Below, one piece after another: positions 60,334-64,000 of a stretch of 64,000 nt of DNA. The notes beneath the pieces are model-generated. The model saw only the letters and a program-made list of their open reading frames with translations. It had not been told where the DNA came from and did no database searches. The translations under genes and the position numbers were made by a program. Origin of the DNA: an uncultured Armatimonadetes bacterium (lineage in GTDB: Bacteria > Armatimonadota > Hebobacteria > Hebobacterales > Hebobacteraceae). Positions within the stretch are counted from its first letter, which is position 1. Every line of letters begins with the position of its first letter. Where the stretch lies: NCBI GenBank assembly GCA_963716175.1, contig OY970296.1, forward strand, positions 320,001 through 384,000. The letters run 5' to 3'.

Positions 60334-61467
60334 ATGGACAAGCCCGATCACCGCATCATTGACTGTCACGTGCACCTCTCCAGTATTGCAGAGATCAACC
60401 GGTTCCTGGCGATCATGGACGCGGTCGGGGTCTCGGCAGTCAATGCCCTCGCCCTGGTCAACCCGATGCCCCCCTGGTGGGCAAAGCCGGATACGCCCGA
60501 TTGGCACCGCCGCGACCAGACGAAGGACTCCAGCATCAACCTGGCTTCGGTGTTGTTCAAGGCGCTACACCCCGATAGGGTATACGTGTTCGGCGGCCTC
60601 GACCATAGCAAGCCGGAAGTGCTGGCCGGTCACCACGACTATGCCCAGCAGGCGCGCACCCTGGTTGATATGTGCGTGGACGGGTTCAAGATGTGGGAGG
60701 GCGGCGCCGCGCTGCGACTGCAGACCGGCCTTCCCCTGGACTCTCCGGTATACGATGAGTACTACTCCCTCCTCGAGTCCGAGTCGCTGCCCATCCTCTA
60801 CCACGTCAACGAGCCCTACAGACAGGAGATCGATCGCCTGCTGCCAAAGCACCCAAACCTCAAGATCATCTTCGCACACTTCTACGGCGCCTCGCGAGAC
60901 CTGGAGCGGCTCAGGCGTTTCTTCGACGCCTGGCCCAACGTCTACGTTGATCTGGCCCCAGGCATGATCTTCCGAGGCCTGGCGGAGCGCCGAGACGAGG
61001 CGAGGGAGTTCTTCATCCAGTACCAGGACAGGATCCTCTTTGGTACTGACGCCACCGCCGGCGGCCAGGAAGATGCGGAGTGGGGCCAGGGCCTGGTCGG
61101 GCTGATCCGCAGGTTCCTTGAGAGAAAGGACGATCTCGGGTTGGCTGAGATCGGCATGGGCGGGCTGGAGGACAGGAACGGCGATCTCAACGAATCGGAG
61201 CGCTTGGTCTACCGCGAGCTCAGTCCCGACCGGGGCTTGTACCTGGATGATGGCGTGCTGAAGAAGATCTACGCCGGCAACTTCATGCGGATTGCTGGAG
61301 CGAAGGCCAGCAAGGCCAACCCGGAGGTAGCCCTGAGCGAGTGCGAGAAACTGCTCGAGAGGCTGCGCAAGCGACCGGCCAATCCCGCCGCAGACATGGC
61401 CTGGCGTCAGGCAGAACACCTGCGAGAGGTGGAGCAGATCGCGGCCCATTTCCGGGCTATGGTCTAA
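60334..61467 (+). CDS. Amidohydrolase family (Amidohydro_2) protein
   Basis: IIDCHVH, GFK, PILYH, HPNLKIIFAHF, PNVYVD, DRILFGTD. Confidence 0.85.
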   Translation: MDKPDHRIIDCHVHLSSIAEINRFLAIMDAVGVSAVNALALVNPMPPWWAKPDTPDWHRRDQTKDSSINLASVLFKALHPDRVYVFGGLDHSKPEVLAGHHDYAQQARTLVDMCVDGFKMWEGGAALRLQTGLPLDSPVYDEYYSLLESESLPILYHVNEPYRQEIDRLLPKHPNLKIIFAHFYGASRDLERLRRFFDAWPNVYVDLAPGMIFRGLAERRDEAREFFIQYQDRILFGTDATAGGQEDAEWGQGLVGLIRRFLERKDDLGLAEIGMGGLEDRNGDLNESERLVYRELSPDRGLYLDDGVLKKIYAGNFMRIAGAKASKANPEVALSECEKLLERLRKRPANPAADMAWRQAEHLREVEQIAAHFRAMV

Positions 61468-61545
61468 ACTCAGCCCCATATGGCTCTGGGGGGTTGGGCG
61501 GGAGCGGAAGCTCCCGCCGCCCCGGCCGAGCCAGGAGAGCTGCTC

Positions 61546-62763
61546 ATGCCGTTTCCGGTGAGAGACCTTCAGGTGGTGCGCGACCTGGCCCGCAGGGCGG
61601 TCGAGACAGCTTCCAGTGAGGTGTACGAGGCGCGCCGGCGGAGATGGCGGGACGTGAACGAGCGCCGCAAGCCCGACCGCGCGCCGGTGTGGTGTCGGCC
61701 TGCGGGGGTATGGGAAGAGCTGCTGCCGCCAGAGTCCCTGGAGTGCGCCGACCCCCTCTGCCGCCAGATGGAGTATGCCTTCCGCCAGCACGCCTACAAG
61801 GACTGGGTGGGCGACGACCACATCTTCGAGCCCTGGTGGGGAGTCAACGCCGTCTGGAGGCCGAACACCGAGCACGTGTGGGGACTCCCGACGGGCCGCC
61901 AGGTGGAGAGCACGGACAAAGGTGGGTTCCGCTACGAACACGCGGTGGAAACACCCGAGGACTACGAGCGCGTGCTAGTCCCCGCCTTCTCCTATCATCG
62001 CGAGGCAACGGAAAGGAACCTCGGTCTCGCGGCCGATCTGCTTGGCGATGCAATGCCCGTCCGCCTGGTCTGTCAGCCTCCGCTGGGCCCGTGGCAGGGC
62101 ACCTACCTGGAGCAACTGCGGGGCATGGAGCCGATGCTGAACGATCTCGCGTTCCAGCCCTGGGTCGTCCACCGGGTGATGGCGAAGTTGACCGAAGGAG
62201 TGCTGGCTGCCCTGCGGGTCGCAGAAGCCACCGGTCTGCTCATCACGAACCATCACCTCCCGATGCTGTGCAGTGACCCCTTGAACCCCGGTGGTGACGG
62301 CCGGGTGCGCCTGCACAATCTCTGGGCCGAGGCCAACAGCCAGGAGTTCCAGGTGGTGTCGCCAAGGATGACGGAGGAGTTCCTCCTCAACTACCAGATT
62401 CCGGTCCTGCAGCAGTACGGAGCGGTTCAGTACGGCTGCTGCGAGGACCTGACCCACAAAATCGAGGCCGTCCTGAGGATCCCGAACCTCAGGATCTTCG
62501 TCTCCTCTTACTGGACTGACCTGGATAAGGTCATCGAGGCCTGCGAGACCAGGTACACCATTATGTGGCGGCAACACGCGGCCAGCGTCGTGTTCGCCCA
62601 TGACACCGCGCCGATCAGAGCTCATCTCGACCAGGGCCTGCGCAAGCTGCAGGGCCACCACTACCAGGTGGTGCTCAGAGAACTGCAGACCCTGGCCGGC
62701 CACCCCACTCGTCTCCAGGAATGGGCCCGCATCGGCATCGAGCTGGCGGAGCAGTACGCATAG
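61546..62763 (+). CDS. Uroporphyrinogen decarboxylase / MtaA-CmuA-like hypothetical protein
   Basis: LRGME..L.DL...P..VH, SQEF..VSP.M..EF...YQ, YGCCEDL, IPNLR. Confidence 0.65.
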   Translation: MPFPVRDLQVVRDLARRAVETASSEVYEARRRRWRDVNERRKPDRAPVWCRPAGVWEELLPPESLECADPLCRQMEYAFRQHAYKDWVGDDHIFEPWWGVNAVWRPNTEHVWGLPTGRQVESTDKGGFRYEHAVETPEDYERVLVPAFSYHREATERNLGLAADLLGDAMPVRLVCQPPLGPWQGTYLEQLRGMEPMLNDLAFQPWVVHRVMAKLTEGVLAALRVAEATGLLITNHHLPMLCSDPLNPGGDGRVRLHNLWAEANSQEFQVVSPRMTEEFLLNYQIPVLQQYGAVQYGCCEDLTHKIEAVLRIPNLRIFVSSYWTDLDKVIEACETRYTIMWRQHAASVVFAHDTAPIRAHLDQGLRKLQGHHYQVVLRELQTLAGHPTRLQEWARIGIELAEQYA

Positions 62764-62842
62764 CGGTGCCGAAAGGCCCCGATTTCAGAGGCGCACCAAA
62801 GGCACAGGAGGCGCCCGCGGCCGGGTGGGGAAGCCCGGAGCC

Positions 62843-63481
62843 ATGCGAAGCGCTTGTGAGCAGAATCGTCGTTATTTCCGGCGGGCCTACGAGACTGGGT
62901 GCCACGGTTGGCAGGCCAGTGAGCCGTCGGCCTATGTCGCCACGAACCTGGCGGCCGCCCTAACCAGCACGGCAGAGCGGCGACTGCTTGACCTCGGCTG
63001 CGGCGAGGGACGCCACTGCCTGCTCGCCGCCCGGATGGGGTTCCTACCTGTCGGCCTGGACTACGAGTCTATGGCGATCCGCCGCGCCCAGGCCAATGCC
63101 CATCGCGCGGGTCTTGGCGACCGCATTCAGTGGGTGGTGGGGGACGTCTTCGCTCTCCCCTTTGGGCCTGGCTCGTTCGGTGTGGTGCTAGACTACGGAT
63201 GCCTCCATCATCAAAGGAAATCCGACTGGCCGCGCTACCTGGCCGCGATCATGGCTGTGCTCAAGCCGGGTGGCTACTTCCTGCTGAGCGTATTCAGCAC
63301 TGCATTTCGGGCCTACGGCCCCCAGGAGCGATCTTGGCACTTGGCCCACGGCGCCTACCGGCGGTTCTTCACGGCTGAGGAGATTCGCTGGCTCTTTGGC
63401 CGAGGGTTCGAAGTCCTCCAACTCGAGGAGCAACGAGACGGCGTGCGGGGATTCTGGCACGCGGTGATGAGGCGAGAATAA
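62843..63481 (+). CDS. Class I SAM-dependent methyltransferase
   Basis: LLDLGCGEGR, GDVFALPF, DYGCLHH, LKPGG. Confidence 0.85.
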   Translation: MRSACEQNRRYFRRAYETGCHGWQASEPSAYVATNLAAALTSTAERRLLDLGCGEGRHCLLAARMGFLPVGLDYESMAIRRAQANAHRAGLGDRIQWVVGDVFALPFGPGSFGVVLDYGCLHHQRKSDWPRYLAAIMAVLKPGGYFLLSVFSTAFRAYGPQERSWHLAHGAYRRFFTAEEIRWLFGRGFEVLQLEEQRDGVRGFWHAVMRRE

Positions 63482-63507
63482 GGCGCCAGCAGCGGAGCCA
63501 GGGCGGC

Positions 63508-63675
63508 TTGACAGAGGGCCTTCCCCGGGCTATCCTCGGCCCATCTGGTCGAGGCAGGTCAGGGCGGGAGTGACAGGGCGACTGCCGGCGTGACCGGGTT
63601 GGTGTTTGTCGCACCTGCTCTCTCAGTAATCGGGAGGCGCGTCTGCTCGGCGCGCCTTCTTGTTATGGCCCGGCG
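63508..63675 (+). promoter_or_regulatory. Repeated promoter-leader-terminator element, copy B
   Basis: TTGACA-17-TATCCT; terminator AGGCGCGTC-tgctc-GGCGCGCCT-TCTTGTT; homologous to 50848-51013. Confidence 0.7.
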
Positions 63676-63865
63676 CCGGGAAGGGCCGGCAGGCCTTCGC
63701 TGGCTGCCATAGACGTGGTCGAGGGCGATTGGACCATCTTCCGCAGCCCGCTGGCCCCGATCAGGATTGTCGCTCGTTACATAGGAAGATGAGGCCGACC
63801 CCAGGGCGCTGCGGCGGGATCCCGTACGTTTGCACACGCTTTCTGGTATACTGCGGCCACGCACT

Positions 63866-64000
63866 ATGAAGTTCTCCCGCTTGACCTACAGTCTGGCCAC
63901 GGTATTCCTGTGCTACGGCGCGGTAGTCTTCTCTTTCGGCCCTTGCCTCACCTCGATGGCCGACACGTTTGGCGTTCCTGTAGGTCGGCTCGGCCTGATC
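63866..64000 (+). CDS. MFS transporter, 3'-partial
   Basis: MKFSRLTYSLATVFLCYGAVVFSFGPCLTSMADTFGVPVGRLGL resembles MFS TM1-TM2. Confidence 0.6.
   Translation, partial: MKFSRLTYSLATVFLCYGAVVFSFGPCLTSMADTFGVPVGRLGLI

Overview
GC-rich bacterial window with no rRNA, tRNA, CRISPR array or transposase that I could see. SLH-anchored PKD proteins, FARARExAR-type prepilin/H-X9-DG proteins and DUF6785-type membrane proteins suggest an Armatimonadota-like anaerobe (inference). From 5' to 3' it holds: the tail of a surface-modification cluster (GNAT-radical SAM/SPASM fusion, GNAT, Trm112-methyltransferase); two PKD/SLH surface proteins; many secreted hydrolases and CAZyme-like genes; four DUF1559-like prepilin paralogues that share non-coding architecture; two DUF6785/6784 membrane proteins plus a remnant of a third; an SLH-porin plus modA pair without modBC; and several gene remnants. 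The strongest candidate for an undescribed system is a four-gene nitrogenase-like operon (D-like, K-like, H-like, nifB-like; minus strand 46169-50690). It has no nifEN in the window, lacks the His442-equivalent ligand, has a deviant NifB and appears to be transcribed leaderless from a sigma70-type promoter. Also notable are a ~165-nt promoter-leader-terminator element present twice (50848 and 63508) and an extra Shine-Dalgarno motif 72-76 nt upstream of all four DUF1559-like genes. Family assignments come from motif recognition by eye; no database searches were run.
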